Shown: positions 13,500 through 27,017 of the stretch, piece by piece
Layout of the letters: every line of letters starts with the position of its first letter
Numbering within the stretch: the first letter of the stretch is position 1
Assembly (NCBI RefSeq): GCF_001194135.2
Contig: NC_069000.1
Location: 3,320,484 to 3,383,843 of the forward strand
Direction: 5' to 3'
From: Octopus bimaculoides
Taxonomy: Eukaryota
Length of the DNA: 63,360 nucleotides
Notes under the pieces: generated by a model
Database searches by the model: none
Told to the model about the DNA's origin: nothing
What the model saw: the letters and a program-made list of their open reading frames with translations, nothing else
Position numbers and translations under genes: made by a program

Positions 13500-13700
13500 A
13501 AACAAGACAAGGGTAGTGAGTTGCAGCGAGCAGCTGCCGGAGGAAAGATAACACTGAAAAGATTTATGACTAACAGGCAGTTCAAAAGAGAAACTACGCA
13601 CCTGGGAAGAGAAGTAGGTAACAGAGTACTACAGCCGAAGGCTCATCCAAACAGTGGTCAACGATTAGCCACAACGAAGACACGTTTCGGTTGATGAGCC
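13500..13700 (+). mobile_element. Possible highly decayed RTE-like LINE fragment
   Basis: One frame reads EQLPEER*...KLRTWEEK*V, loosely like the ER.P...R.TWEE.V region near RTE ORF2 C-termini; several stops. Confidence 0.25.
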
Positions 13701-14221
13701 AAAGACTCCTAGCTAGTAGAAGGAAGATGATCTACCAAGTCAACAGCTTGATTCTTAATTCCATCAAGTTAGTTAAGACACTCAGATAAAGGCCAGATGG
13801 CTAAATAACATATCCCAAAAGGTATTGTTCAAAAATATAAAAATAAAAAAAACATTTATTTACTTTTAGTCGTGTGAATATCCAAACAGATTGAATATCC
13901 ATCGAAATATAAAAGCAAACTTGCTCACAAACAGAACTGATATGTCATCTCATGTAATACTTTGAAAATATGGTTTAGACAAATTACATGAACAACGGTT
14001 TCAGTCGACTTAGGGGAGCGAGTGTATAGATTAGTACTAAAGTATTCCAGCAAAGAGGTGACATATTTTGGTGGCTTCCTTCCGGAACCGAGTTCCACAC
14101 AGTTCGTGGTTAATATAGGCTGAACGCTTAGAATAGCAACACTTCCATATAGAAATATGTTACACAGAATAATCACGCGAGTAACGAAATATTTGTCGCA
14201 TTAAATACATACATGTATATC

Positions 14222-14262
<41 letters not shown>

Positions 14263-14367
14263 CTATACATGTGTGTATGAGCGCGCGAGTGCGTGTGTTT
14301 GTGCTAAGTAAACAATTTTATCTATGTATATTGTTGTTTCAAAATCAGGAGTCCCATTTAAAGAGAA

Positions 14368-14420
<53 letters not shown>

Positions 14421-14583
14421 TGTGTGTGGACACAAACTTTCATAACTATATATAGCTCGGACATATGTTTATGTGCATACCGAAACTGACCATTCGCTTG
14501 TTTGATCAAGTGAAACTGTGACCAAAATATTTGCTCAAGGTGCAATATAGCGGAATCCACAAAATGTCATAAGACAAACAGAG

Positions 14584-14621
<38 letters not shown>

Positions 14622-14894
14622 CACAAATATATGATTCGGTCCAGCTCTCTGTATATAGAAATAGTGGAGTGANNNNNNNNNNGGGGGGGGGGGAGAAGGA
14701 AAGAAGTCTTAATGCAGCAGACATGTTTTAAAGGTCAAAACTGCTCCAACACGCACGAACACATACACACACACATTCATACATACATACACTTAAACAC
14801 AGAAACTCACATTATTTTTATCAAAAATTATTACATACAGCAATCGGGTTTTACAGTCAAAGTACCACATTTAACAAAAATGCATTACAACGAC

Positions 14895-15220
14895 TCGTGC
14901 CGCTGCTGCTGTTGTTATTATTATTATTGGTAGTAGTAGTAGTAGTGGTGGTGGTGGTGGTAGTGGTTCTGGTAGTGATGGTGATTGCAGTGGCAGCGGC
15001 GGTGGTGGTAGAGGTTGTAGTAGATGTAGTGATAGTCTTGGTGGTGGTCGCGGCGGTGGTGGTCTGGGCGGTGGTGGTCTGGGCGGTGTTTTTGGCAGTG
15101 GTAGTAATAGTAGTGGTAGTAATGGTAACTAGCGATGGTGGTGGTGGTGGTGTAATAATATTAATAATAATGATGATGATGATGATAACAACAGTAGTAG
15201 TAGTAGTAGTAGTAGTAGTA
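14895..15220. repeat. Compound trinucleotide low-complexity tract (TTA/GTA/GGT/GAT)n
   Basis: Direct reading; it produces the poly-V and poly-T pseudo-ORFs. Confidence 0.9.
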
Positions 15221-15469
15221 ACATCAGTAAAAGGCCAGTTCTGCAATCGGCATCGAGATATTTCTCCATGTGACATTACATATGCCGACAATGCCTTTTT
15301 GCTCGTAATGGCTTTTATGTGGGTGGGTGGGAGTTGAATGAAAATTGGACGGAAATACTACGTTAATTGCGGCAGACTTTCAGAATGTTATACTTTCAAG
15401 GCTTTGTCTCGTTTATCTCCACCGCTCAGTTCCCAACTCCCTCTAGTTATGTATATCAGCCTATCTGCA

Positions 15470-15473
15470 TCTC

Positions 15474-15558
<85 letters not shown>
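15470..15558. repeat. (CT)n microsatellite
   Basis: Direct reading. Confidence 0.95.
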
Positions 15559-15560
<2 letters not shown>

Positions 15561-16008
15561 GCGGTAATATTTAATGGTGTTTTTGCAATAATATACATTC
15601 AGCAAAATTCTACACGATCTATAAGTCTGTCCAAGTATCTGATGGATATGCAATGATTGCAGTGACTGTATATGAGGTAGAAATGATTTTATATAGATAT
15701 GTATTTACACAGACCCCAAACACACGGATGTGCATGTTTGCGCTGTTTATATATCGATAGGTGCATGTAACTATGTGTTACGTGTTTGCACTCGTTATTA
15801 ATAAGTTTGTATATACATATACACACACGTTGTTCTATATGCCATTTGGCGAGAATTCCATTAGTGTCCAAATGTTTTCTGTCCTTTACCAATAAATATA
15901 TGCAGCATCTTCGAACATTTACATGTATATATATTCACGCACACGTATATATAGGCATGCATATGCACGCAGGGATGTACATACAGACACTCACAGATGC
16001 ATACTTAT

Positions 16009-16045
<37 letters not shown>

Positions 16046-17088
16046 CAGACTGGCAGACGATTTGAACAGGAGTCACGGATCAAACTAATAAAACTATATT
16101 GTAGTTTTTATCCATTTCCTGTTCTCCGTGATTAACGAGTCCCATTCAATCAGGAAGACACCAAGTAAATCGAACACGCCGCATAAATGAATATAGAACG
16201 CATTAGACAGCCTGTTCTTGGTGCTTAAAAGAAACGGCAACGTTGAAATTTTCAAAATATTGACAACTGCTTAATCGAGGACTGACGTGGGACTATAGAC
16301 GACAACGGTATCAACCATTGATTTTTTTTGTTGATTGTTTTTTCGAAAACTTTAGCCAGCAATGGGAAAGTATCACGGTTTGACTGTTGGATAGCTAAAG
16401 GTTAGTCATCTGAACACTGCAGACCCTTCCAAATATTTACAATGGCGATAAGCTTCGCTGTATTGAAAAGAAAACCAGCTGTTTGGCATCAGACAGCAAA
16501 AGAGCAACAAATTTTGTCTATTAAACACAGACAAAGAACGGTGCCTCCAAGATTCTTCCGCAAAGCTTCTGCTTGACTAAATCTCAATCACATATCTTTG
16601 ACAAGCCACGTCTACAGCAGAAAAATTTCCCTCAAGTTGCTGCCATTTAGATTGAACCCAAAAGCATTTACATTCGAAACGAACCTCGTAAACGCGAAGC
16701 CATACCTGCGTCTATGCAACCAATAATACCTATTGGAAACCAACAATAATTTAAAGCTCTTCTTCTTTAGTACATATATCCCTGGAAACATATCCTCCAT
16801 CACATATTAGTTGGCTGATCAGCAAGAGAATATTAATATAGTTTTAATTAGACTAAGATTTCTATGGAACGCACGTATATTGATTTATGCATTCGTGTCT
16901 GTTTGTGTTCCGGTTTTTCATTGGTTTATCTTCTCTTTCACCCTCTCTTATACATGTGTGTGAATATCTGTATACACATAATGTGTACATAATCATCAAC
17001 ATTTACTGATATCAAGGCAATACATCTCATATCTTTGCAGAACATATTTATATGTATCTTAAATAAACACACATACACACGTATATGA

Positions 17089-17121
<33 letters not shown>

Positions 17122-17539
17122 TGTGTGTATATATATATGCGTGTAAGTTGGAATTTGGTAAGTAGATAGATATTCTTAATATATATGCGATTGGATTGTA
17201 GTAAACAAATTATAGTATGTGCATTCAGGTAAGAGAAATGTGGATATATGTGTGTGCGTGTATATATATATATGTATATACATAGTGAAATATTGAATAT
17301 GCACTTGAAGTCTGAGAAAATTAATTTACCTTTCCTTTCCCTTAACCAGTTTTGCACTAAAAACGACAAAAATGATAGACGACCGACAATATTCGTGTGG
17401 CCTTTCTTCATATTTGATTTTCTTAGCTGCTTCGATCGTAACGAATATAGAATTAATCGTAATTTTACGCCACGAAACAATCGAGAAATTTCGAAATTCC
17501 TCATTTTCTCATGGTGCTTCGAAATTCACCTCTATCTTA

Positions 17540-17640
17540 TTCTTTTCAGTAACTTTTTCCGAACCGCTAAGTTACAGGGACATAACACCAACATCGGTTG
17601 TGAAGCGATGGCGGGGGGAGTGGTACAAACACAGACGCAT
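17540..17640 (-). mobile_element. SINE family A internal fragment
   Basis: TTTTCCGAACCGCTAAGTTACAGGGACATAACACCAACATCGGTTGTGAAGCGATGG is the reverse complement of the family A body. Confidence 0.75.
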
Positions 17641-17648
17641 ATACATAC

Positions 17649-17696
<48 letters not shown>

Positions 17697-17964
17697 ATAT
17701 ATATATNNNNNNNNNNNNNNNNNNNNNNNNNNNNNNNNNNNNNNNNNNNNNNNNNNNNNNNNNNNNNNNNNNNNNNNNNNNNNNNNNNNNNNNNNNNNNN
17801 NNNNNNNNNNNNNNNNNNNNNNNNNNNNNNNNNNNNNNNNNNNNNNNNNNNNNNNNNNNNNNNNNNNNNNNNNNNNNNNNNNNNNNNNNNNNNNNNNNNN
17901 NNNNNNNNNNNNNNNNNNNNNNNNNNNNNNNNNNNNNNNNNNNNNNNNNNNNNNNNNNNNNNNN

Positions 17965-17995
<31 letters not shown>

Positions 17996-18802
17996 ACTTG
18001 GGGATGGTCATATTGCCAGTTAAGCCAATAAAAACACACGCACTGTATATTTGGTCTTAATTTGCTTCTGCTTTATATTACATTAATCTTAATCTTATTT
18101 CGGCCAGAGTTCCTTCTTTCTTATGTGTGTCTCACCTTGCTAACTATCAGCCATTTTGTATTTTGTATTCCTATTGTATGTGTCTACGCATGCGTGTCCT
18201 TCAATGTGTCTGTGTCTGTCTATACATACATACAGAGAGAGAGAATGTTGAATGTTTCCATGTATGTGTATCCTTCATTTGATCTATAATATACCGACAA
18301 TGACGAATTAACGTAATCTATGCAAGGAAGATTCTGCGAAGTTAATCTACTCCGTAATATTTACAGATAAACCTCATTTCCAACCGCATCACACTTTACG
18401 TTGGCAAAGGAAAATCCATCGCAATTCATAGAACTTTTCTTCGGTTCTAAAATCTTCACAATCTCGATAATTACATGAAGTGAATCTTGAAGAGATGTCC
18501 CTATGTCTACTTGCGAATTTTAGCTTGAAATGTCGTATGAAATTATATCTCAATGCTGCCCGTTTCCTGCTTGGAATATAAGTTTTCGACTTGAGACCTT
18601 AATTAATTTTCGCTTTTTCTTTTGGCGGGCAGGGTGGGTGCACGCTCCCGTTTAAAGATTTGAACCAATAAACCCCTCTCTTAGCGATAATGGTAAAATC
18701 AACTTAAAATTATTGCATGTTCTTGAGTATCTCAGACAATGTTTAAAATTTCTTTCCGCTTCTCTTACCAAAGAATCCTCTTGTATAAACATAAGTAGAT
18801 AA

Positions 18803-18837
<35 letters not shown>

Positions 18838-18935
18838 TATTTACATGCACATATACGAATTCAAACATCACTAGGCATATATAAAGGTTAAGATTTTGCA
18901 TGTGCATTCACATAACTACCTCTTTAACAACGCAT

Positions 18936-18987
<52 letters not shown>

Positions 18988-19296
18988 GTATGTAATATAT
19001 ATATATATTGCATATATTCTGTGTGTGTGTGTGTGTGTGGTGTGTGTGTGGGGTGTGTGTGCCAGCAGGTGTGCAATGATTAATATATAAGTTGTTAGTC
19101 ACCGAGTGCCACTCAACAGAAATGTTACCGACGTCTTCATGGAATGGAATACCTGCTAATATTTATTTAGTCTTCAATTTCATTATTTCTACACACACGA
19201 CAGAGCATATATGCACCTGCCAACATATTAACCGTGTTAACCACTTCTAACACTTCTGCTTTCTTTCTCCTCTTCCTCCTTTTCATTTTAGAAGTG

Positions 19297-19414
19297 TTAT
19301 TTACAGAGAATGGCGTCTGTTGTATTCTTTCTCCAAACTTGGAACTGGCAGACAACCACCGAATAATTTTCTGGTATTCGTGGCATAGTTTTCTCTGTAT
19401 ATATTTATATATCC
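19297..19414 (+). repeat. Unclassified short dispersed repeat, copy 1
   Basis: Aligns in inverted orientation with 26063-26181; core CTCCAAACTTGGAaCTGGCAGACAACCACCGA is nearly identical. Confidence 0.75.
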
Positions 19415-19682
19415 TCAGTGGTTATTCACGTACGAGAAGTATATGAAAACAAAATTATATCTACATACCTACCTCCTCGAAACCACTAAAGAAATCACGT
19501 TTAAAACGTTATTCTCTATTTTCGTCCGTTTCTTCAATTCCTCCGTGGAAAATTCTAAAGAAAGTATGCCTGTTAATTCTACCACCGCAAAGTAGTAAGA
19601 AGAGGTTACTTTGCCATCATCATCATCATTGCATCTACTATTCAATAACAACCTGATCATCTCTACAGACATCTGCCGTGAA

Positions 19683-19770
19683 GGCGCGTGACAAAGTGGT
19701 TAGAGTCATCGGCTCACGAATTTCAGGTCGTGAATTCGATTCCTGGTGGTGCGTCTGTTTCTTCAAGATC
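19683..19770 (+). mobile_element. tRNA-derived SINE head (third family)
   Basis: GGCGCGTGACAAAGTGGTTAGAG (A-box) and GAATTCGATTCC (B-box); anticodon and T stems do not pair, so it is not a tRNA gene. Confidence 0.6.
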
Positions 19771-20212
19771 ATAATTACCAACAATAATCCTATCACAACC
19801 TAGATGGCTAGTCCACTCTCAGTGAAACCTTATCCTTTTGCTCCTAACAGTTTGCTTATTTTGCTATTAATCTTTAGGATTTATCTATTAGCCATATATC
19901 TCTCCAGAACAGAAAGACGAAAATATATATACACTGAGTCCAAGAAAATATAGTACGCCGAAGTCACTTCTTTCAATAAATAATAATGAGACTCCAGGTG
20001 GAACACAGTTTCGTATCGTCAGTGAATTAATGTTTTATGATCAAGTAATACCAGACCACTTTGACCCCGCACAAAAGATAAACTGTTTTTATAAATTTCT
20101 ATTGGGTAATAACGAGAAACGGGATAAATTAGTTGAGTCATTAGAACATACCGTGGACTCTATAGTGGTATCAGCTCTGTATATATTAGACTCGAAGTTC
20201 ATATCACGCTCA

Positions 20213-20244
<32 letters not shown>

Positions 20245-20649
20245 CAACAACAAGACATTTTTTAAGTTCAGCTATAAATTGAAACAACGGTGGACGTATA
20301 CGAAAGTTGTAGTACATACAAAGATATACACTACAATATCTAAATAAAATAACATCAGGAATAGTTGCTTCAGAGATACTGAAGAGATATTGAAGAGATG
20401 CTTGTTTTGCTTACAGGAATAGATTTATTTACACAGGACTTTTTTTTTTTTTTTTGTATTTCTAGAAAGCGTACAGTCAGTGCTTTCATATCTAATTGTG
20501 TAATTATGTAGAAGGTTCCGGATACGGAAAGAGATAAGTTAATTGAAACAACCAGAAATTCTACGAATCAGCCACGACGACTGTGAGCTGCGGTGAACTG
20601 CATTGTGTACATGCAAACGTGCAGGTGCGACTTATTTGCTGTATGTATG

Positions 20650-20727
<78 letters not shown>

Positions 20728-20728
<1 letters not shown>

Positions 20729-20864
20729 CAAATAAGTGGAGAGGATACAAAATCGACACACATCAACCGGTAAACATACCAGTATCTCTATTTATTCCAC
20801 TAAATAAATAGACATGTTTACCGGCTGATGTCTGTCCATTTTGTATCCTCTCCATTTTAATTGC
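20728..20864. repeat. Long inverted repeat / fold-back adjacent to (TA)n
   Basis: Left arm TGGAGAGGATACAAAATcGACAcACATCAaCCGGTAAACAT versus reverse complement of right arm TGGAGAGGATACAAAATgGACAgACATCAgCCGGTAAACAT; inner stem CTATTTATT/AATAAATAG. Confidence 0.9.
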
Positions 20865-22114
20865 CGTATAAATCAAGGGTAAACCAGTTTTACCCCCCAC
20901 CCCCACTCCGCCCGTATATAACACTCAATTTCAAGAAAGCCACGCAATAACTAGCACTTGGGTATACTACCAGTAGTATATTGGATAGATACTATCCCTT
21001 AGTTGGTTTCTCAGCCTCTAACAGGCAGATAGACGGGTAGACAGACAGACAGACAAGCAGGCAGGCAGGTAGGCAGGCAGAGAGACAGGCAGGCAGACAA
21101 GCAGGCAGAGAGACAGACAGACAGATGTTAGTACTAGTTAAGCACTATAATCGCTGTAATCGATTAATCCCCCGCTCCACCCTGTGTCTATACAAGGAAG
21201 TAATATTAGTGTACGTTGTGGGGCTGAGGTGTTAGAGAGGAGTGAGTGGGTGAGAGTAAGGGATAAAGAAAGAGCACGAGTGTGAGTGAGCCTGCAGGCG
21301 AGTGTGAGTGAGCCTGCAGGCGTGTGTGTATGAGCTGGAGTCTGTTTGTAGTAGGGTACGTATGTTTGAGTGAGTGAGAAATAAAGATAGGACATGTCTA
21401 GGCGATTGTGGAAGAGAAAGAAAGAGCGTGTGGGTGACAGAGAGAGAGAGGAAGAGAGAGAGTGAGTGAGCATTTACAAGTGTGAGTGAATGTGGGGTAG
21501 AGTGTAGAAAGTGAGTGTGTGTTTGGTGTATTAATTGGCGGTTGAGCGACGCGAGTTAAGGTGCGGACATTTTCTGAGCTAAATAATTGCATGCAGAAGG
21601 AACAGACAAATATCTAAACTAACGCAGAGGAGAAATTGATACAAAAGAGAACACGAAATGCAGAAGAGTTGTTATTTTGCAGAATATTTATATACAAGAA
21701 ACGATGTAATTGGGAAGATGTATATGACTAAACGTTAATAAATAAATAGACGTTGGGACGATGTTAAATGTAAAATTAGTGAGGGAGAGAGAGGAGGGCA
21801 TTGGTGTTTTTAAAAACAGAACATAATGGCGGAGGTAGATTGAAAGAGAGAGGGTGAAAGGGACGAAATTCAATATCGTCTGCTTTTGTTTGTTTTGTTG
21901 TTGTTTTTTACCTTATTTATTTTTGCAGTACGTGTAGGTAAACCGGTAAAAATACCGTCAGTTTACGAAGCTGAAACAAGATATAACTATGGTAGGTGAA
22001 AATTGTAAGACAACATAGAGGGAGGGGGAGTAGAAACAAAAGAGTGATTGCCTGAGATACCGAGTGAGGGTCCCTTACAGTTTCAGAAAGGGAGAGAGGC
22101 AGAAAGAATACGAA

Positions 22115-22172
<58 letters not shown>

Positions 22173-22327
22173 GCCGNNNNNNNNNNNNNNNNNNNNNNNN
22201 NNNNNNNNNNNNNNNNNNNNNNNNNNNNNNNNNNNNNNNNNNNNNNNNNNNNNNNNNNNNNNNNNNNNNNNNAGAATACGAAAGACAGAGAGAGAGAGAG
22301 AGAGAGAGAGAAAGAATGCGAAAGACT

Positions 22328-22380
<53 letters not shown>

Positions 22381-22598
22381 GCCGAGGGGCGGAGAGAGTG
22401 GGAACAAGAGAGAGATTGTCTGTAATAATGAGCGAGAGTACGTTAGAGTTTCGGGGGAGGGAGAGAGGGAGAAAGAGAAATAAAAGAAAATAGGAGAGAG
22501 GTGGAGCGGTAGAGGGGGTAAACTATTTTCGTGTATGAGGATATATTTCGGAGCTAAAATGGAAAGTAGAAAATAGATATGAGATGTGTGTGTGTACG

Positions 22599-22633
<35 letters not shown>

Positions 22634-22657
22634 TCAGATGATATATATATATATATG

Positions 22658-22694
<37 letters not shown>

Positions 22695-23103
22695 NNNNNN
22701 NNNNNNNNNNNNNNNNNNNNNNNNNNNNNNNNNNNNNNNNNNNNNNNNNNNNNNNNNNNNNNNNNNNNNNNNNNNNNNNNNNNNNNNNNNNNNNNNNNNN
22801 NNNNNNNNNNNNNNNNNNNNNNNNNNNNNNNNNNNNNNNNNNNNNNNNNNNNNNNNNNNNNNNNNNNNNNNNNNNNNNNNNNNNNNNNNNNNNNNNNNNN
22901 NNNNNNNNNNNNNNNNNNNNNNNNNNNNNNNNNNNNNNNNNNNNNNNNNNNNNNNNNNNNNNNNNNNNNNNNNNNNNNNNNNNNNNNNNNNNNNNNNNNN
23001 NNNNNNNNNNNNNNNNNNNNNNNNNNNNNNNNNNNNNNNNNNNNNNNNNNNNNNNNNNNNNNNNNNNNNNNNNNNNNNNNNNNNNNNNNNNNNNNNNNNN
23101 NNN

Positions 23104-23171
<68 letters not shown>

Positions 23172-23311
23172 ATGTATACATACACATACACGAGAGCGGG
23201 GGTGAGAGAGGAGAGGGAGAAAGAGAGTGTTAGAAAGAGTGGTAGGTAGGAGAGAGGTAGAAGGGGGACAGAGAGAGGAAGAGAAGAGGGAAGGAGAGAG
23301 CGAGGGAGTGA

Positions 23312-23351
<40 letters not shown>

Positions 23352-23879
23352 TGAGAGAGAAATGTGTGAAACTACTAAACGCTGCTGATAACAATCTGAA
23401 AGTATTGCAGAAGTTGGTTGGCATGAGATTCCCTAGTTTTCGTATTGCTGTGAAAGCGATATGTCTTGGATTTGGCTGTTGTTAATTGCATGCATAATGT
23501 AGGTAAACTTAGCACAAGGAATTGTAATGAACCAATGAATATATTATCGCATTCTTCTATTCCTACGTGAGGACATCTCACCGTTTCCACCAGCGCCACC
23601 CACAAATATTACGCTCCTAAACACTGCATAGATTATTCACAGTTTACAAATTCTAATTTACGCTTGCAGACTCAGGCTTTGGAGGATCTAAACAATTTCC
23701 TAGCATAACCTGTAGTGTCGTACACAAGGCCCATCCGTGATTTGCAGGTGAGCAGCCTGCTTTCCAATCTCGTGACATTGGGCAGCTTCTACAAGCGATT
23801 TTTATTTTAGCCTCGATATCAATAAAGCCCTGTGAACAGGTTTGTTAGATGTAAACTGAAATGGAACCGTTCTATTTAA

Positions 23880-24095
23880 CACTTCAACATTCAGATGACT
23901 TTGTCAAATATATTCATTGTTTCAAATTGGTTTTTATTGGTCATGCTTTTTCTCGTAACTTCAAGATTTCAATGAATAATTGTATATTTTTCGAATGACA
24001 TTACGTGGTAGGTGTGAGAGGCCCAATCTGGCCGGTTTGAACATGAAGCGTATAGAATATTTTGGCCTGGTAATACCAGTTTAAATGCTAAAGGG
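23880..24095. mobile_element. piggyBac-like non-autonomous element (MITE)
   Basis: Left flank TTAA (23876-23879), right flank TTGA (probable mutated TTAA); right end AATGCTAAAGGG (reverse complement CCCTTTAGCATT) and degenerate left end CACTTCAACATT; CCC/GGG termini with TTAA duplication are piggyBac hallmarks. Confidence 0.65.
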
Positions 24096-26062
24096 TTGAA
24101 CCGATGAAAATATATTATAAAACAGACCAAAGCGAAAAGTTGTGGTTGCAGCAGTTTTCATCAAAAATATACATGAAGGAAATTAACAACATCACCGCCA
24201 CCAATGACAACAACAACAGATATAATACCAAAATCGAATGTATTAATATCCCAGAGTGTTGCAGGTTTTAGGAACAAAGAGATTTTACAGTCTGCGAGGT
24301 GAGATAACATAGAAAGGTGGCTAGATATACAAGAAAAGGCTGCGCTAGAAAATGGGTGGCTAGCTAGAATAGAAATTGAATAGGTTGAAGGTAGGTGGAA
24401 AAAAAAAAGAGACCTCAGATTTGTGTGTTGGTAAATGTAAGGTGTTGAAGAGTGAGTCACAGCTTATAATAGTGCTAAGGCCATTTCGATCTGTTTGTGA
24501 TAGCTGTACGGTGGATTGCCTCGACGCCATTTTAGTGGTGATACGCTTACGTTATCAGCTATGAAATGGCGAATGATAAAACTCGATGCCAACACAATTT
24601 ATAGGTCAGTTGAAAAGAAAGATTGCATTAGCATTAATAGTTTTATTGATGGTTTGCGAGCAATAGGCATGCCTGTGGTCGTGTGAGTGTGTGTGTGTGT
24701 GTAGGTGCGTATGGGTGTGTGTGTAGGTGCACACGCGAATGTGACTATGGTTATATGTGAATATGCGTGCGAGTTTGCGTATGTCTATGTGTGTATGTAA
24801 GTATATAAATATATATATGTATACATATATAAATATGCATGCATACATATATAGATATGTATATATATATGCATATATGTATATATATATATATAGATAG
24901 ATAGATGTGTGTATGTATTAATCTATATTTATATAGATGTGCTAAGTGCGTGTGCACAACTATTTACATACACACACGCACTCACACACATATGTAATAT
25001 ACGCATTTATGTACAAGCATACAAATTCATGCGAAGCTATTATACATTTATCAACAAGACACATACATACACTCTCTATCTATCTCCAAACACGTGCGTT
25101 TGTGTGTGTCTGCGCGCGTGCATGTATAACGAACTGAATGATAGGTGTTTATAATTCATATACATGACGAAAACATTTCTACCTGCAGGAGGTTAGCAAA
25201 AGACTCAATAGCAATGTGTGTGGTGGGGAGATAATTTCTACAAAGCGCTATATGAATATTTATGTAGCGAACAGGTACAGGATTTAACTGCAGGTACGAA
25301 AACAGTTACTAAGGAGACTGAAATGCTAACATACTATAAATGCTTCTTTGTTTATTTTTCTACCCAAAATGGCTGACTGAAAAATCAGATGTATTGTTTG
25401 GTTATAACAAACGTTCTTGCCTATGCCCTGTACTCAGTATTGAGTACTTTTCAGGAATATTTATCAAAAGTTTCCTAACAATAAGGTGACACATTTCCAT
25501 GGCGTTCATGCACTGTATATGATACATAGTATTATCTTAACCAGCAAGGTAAGTTGGGGCTTATGGAAGCAAATCGTTATATTATATAGAACGTACGAAA
25601 TAATGGCTGACTTCAAGTCTGGAAACAAGCATGGGCGTTTCGAACAAACTTGTGAAAATGCTTGGAACAAGCAAACCTAGAACATACACACACTGATGAC
25701 AACAGAGTTATAGCCTCTTAATCCTGTATCCCCAACAACAGATTTAATCCCTTGTTTGTCCTCTGTATCACAGAGAATATAATTCTCAAGCGTTCATATA
25801 TTATACATGATATACATACCCACTTCTCATCAATCACCTCAGTAACTCGGGACTTATGAAAGGAAAGATTTATTCAACTCAGAACATATGAAACAAGGAC
25901 TAACTAAAAATCTAGAAACAAGAATGGACGTTTCGGACAGGCTTATGAATACGCTTTGGAGAGACAATGAGTTAAAAGCTATTTCTTTGCAGTGGAAACA
26001 GAGTAAGGCAGAAATTTGTTTGTTTACATGTCTTACCGTTACGTAACGAAAAAAAAAACAGC

Positions 26063-26181
26063 GGATATAAATATATGTGTTGAAACTATGCCTCAAATAC
26101 CTCGAAATTAGTCGGTGGTTGTCTGCCAGATCCAAGTTTGGAGAGAGAAAGATTATAACTGATGCGAAAATCTGAAAATAA
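26063..26181 (-). repeat. Unclassified short dispersed repeat, copy 2 (inverted relative to 19297-19414)
   Basis: Pairwise match by eye over ~115 nt. Confidence 0.75.
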
Positions 26182-26404
26182 AACTGTTTCTTTCTTATAG
26201 TATCAAAGTAATTACTGTGTTCTTTTCTGTTTGCTGTACGTTACAGTTTTTTTTTTTTTTAATGCTGCAAACCGTGGAATCGTTCTTTATCTCGCGCTGA
26301 ATAGCTCACTTTTCAGGTTTAACAGTGAATTATGGGGGCACGAGCGTGTGTAGTCAATACATTACACACATTATATATATAACACACGCACATATACTTA
26401 TGTG

Positions 26405-26447
<43 letters not shown>

Positions 26448-26920
26448 TACTTAAATATTCCATGTATGCTACATGTGTGCGTGCTTGCGCGCGAAAATAT
26501 AAATTCTTCAGTACAAGAAAGTAAGTATTAGTAAGCTGTAGGAATTTTAAACTAACTCAGCTTCGATAACCGTAAATATGTTTATGTATATGCAAGTATA
26601 TATGTATGTGTCGGTATATGTTAATATGCTTGTTACTGACAGACATTACATGCACCCATGTGTCGATAAGTCCTTGTGTATCTGCGCATGTGTGTGCAGT
26701 TATCCATGATAGGATAGATGTATTTGTTGAGTGCAGAGTCAGCCTTTGGATATGTTTTGAAAGATTTCTGAGACAAGAGTTAGAAAAAAAATGTGAAGCA
26801 AAGAAACAAAGAGAAACTGGTAGTTAGAGAGAGAGGAGGAGATCGAGATGAAAAAGGCGGGATATGAGAGAAATCGAAGAGAAGGACAATGATAGAAAAG
26901 ATGCAGTAGATGAGGAGAGG

Positions 26921-26961
<41 letters not shown>

Positions 26962-26971
26962 NNNNNNNNNN

Positions 26972-27017
<46 letters not shown>

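Noticed and set aside
14857-15337. Poly-T and poly-V ORFs resembling mucin or transmembrane proteins
   Set aside because: Compound trinucleotide repeats, open in several frames by construction.
16380-16830. Stop-poor stretch of moderate GC content
   Set aside because: No frame gave a recognisable motif; possibly a decayed TE but unsupported.
19683-19755. tRNA-like sequence
   Set aside because: A weak acceptor stem and A/B boxes are present, but the anticodon and T stems do not pair; it is a SINE head.
22106-22386. Apparent duplication AGAATACGAAAGAC...AGAGAAGCCG on both sides of a gap
   Set aside because: Most likely overlapping contig ends across a microsatellite gap, i.e. an assembly artifact.
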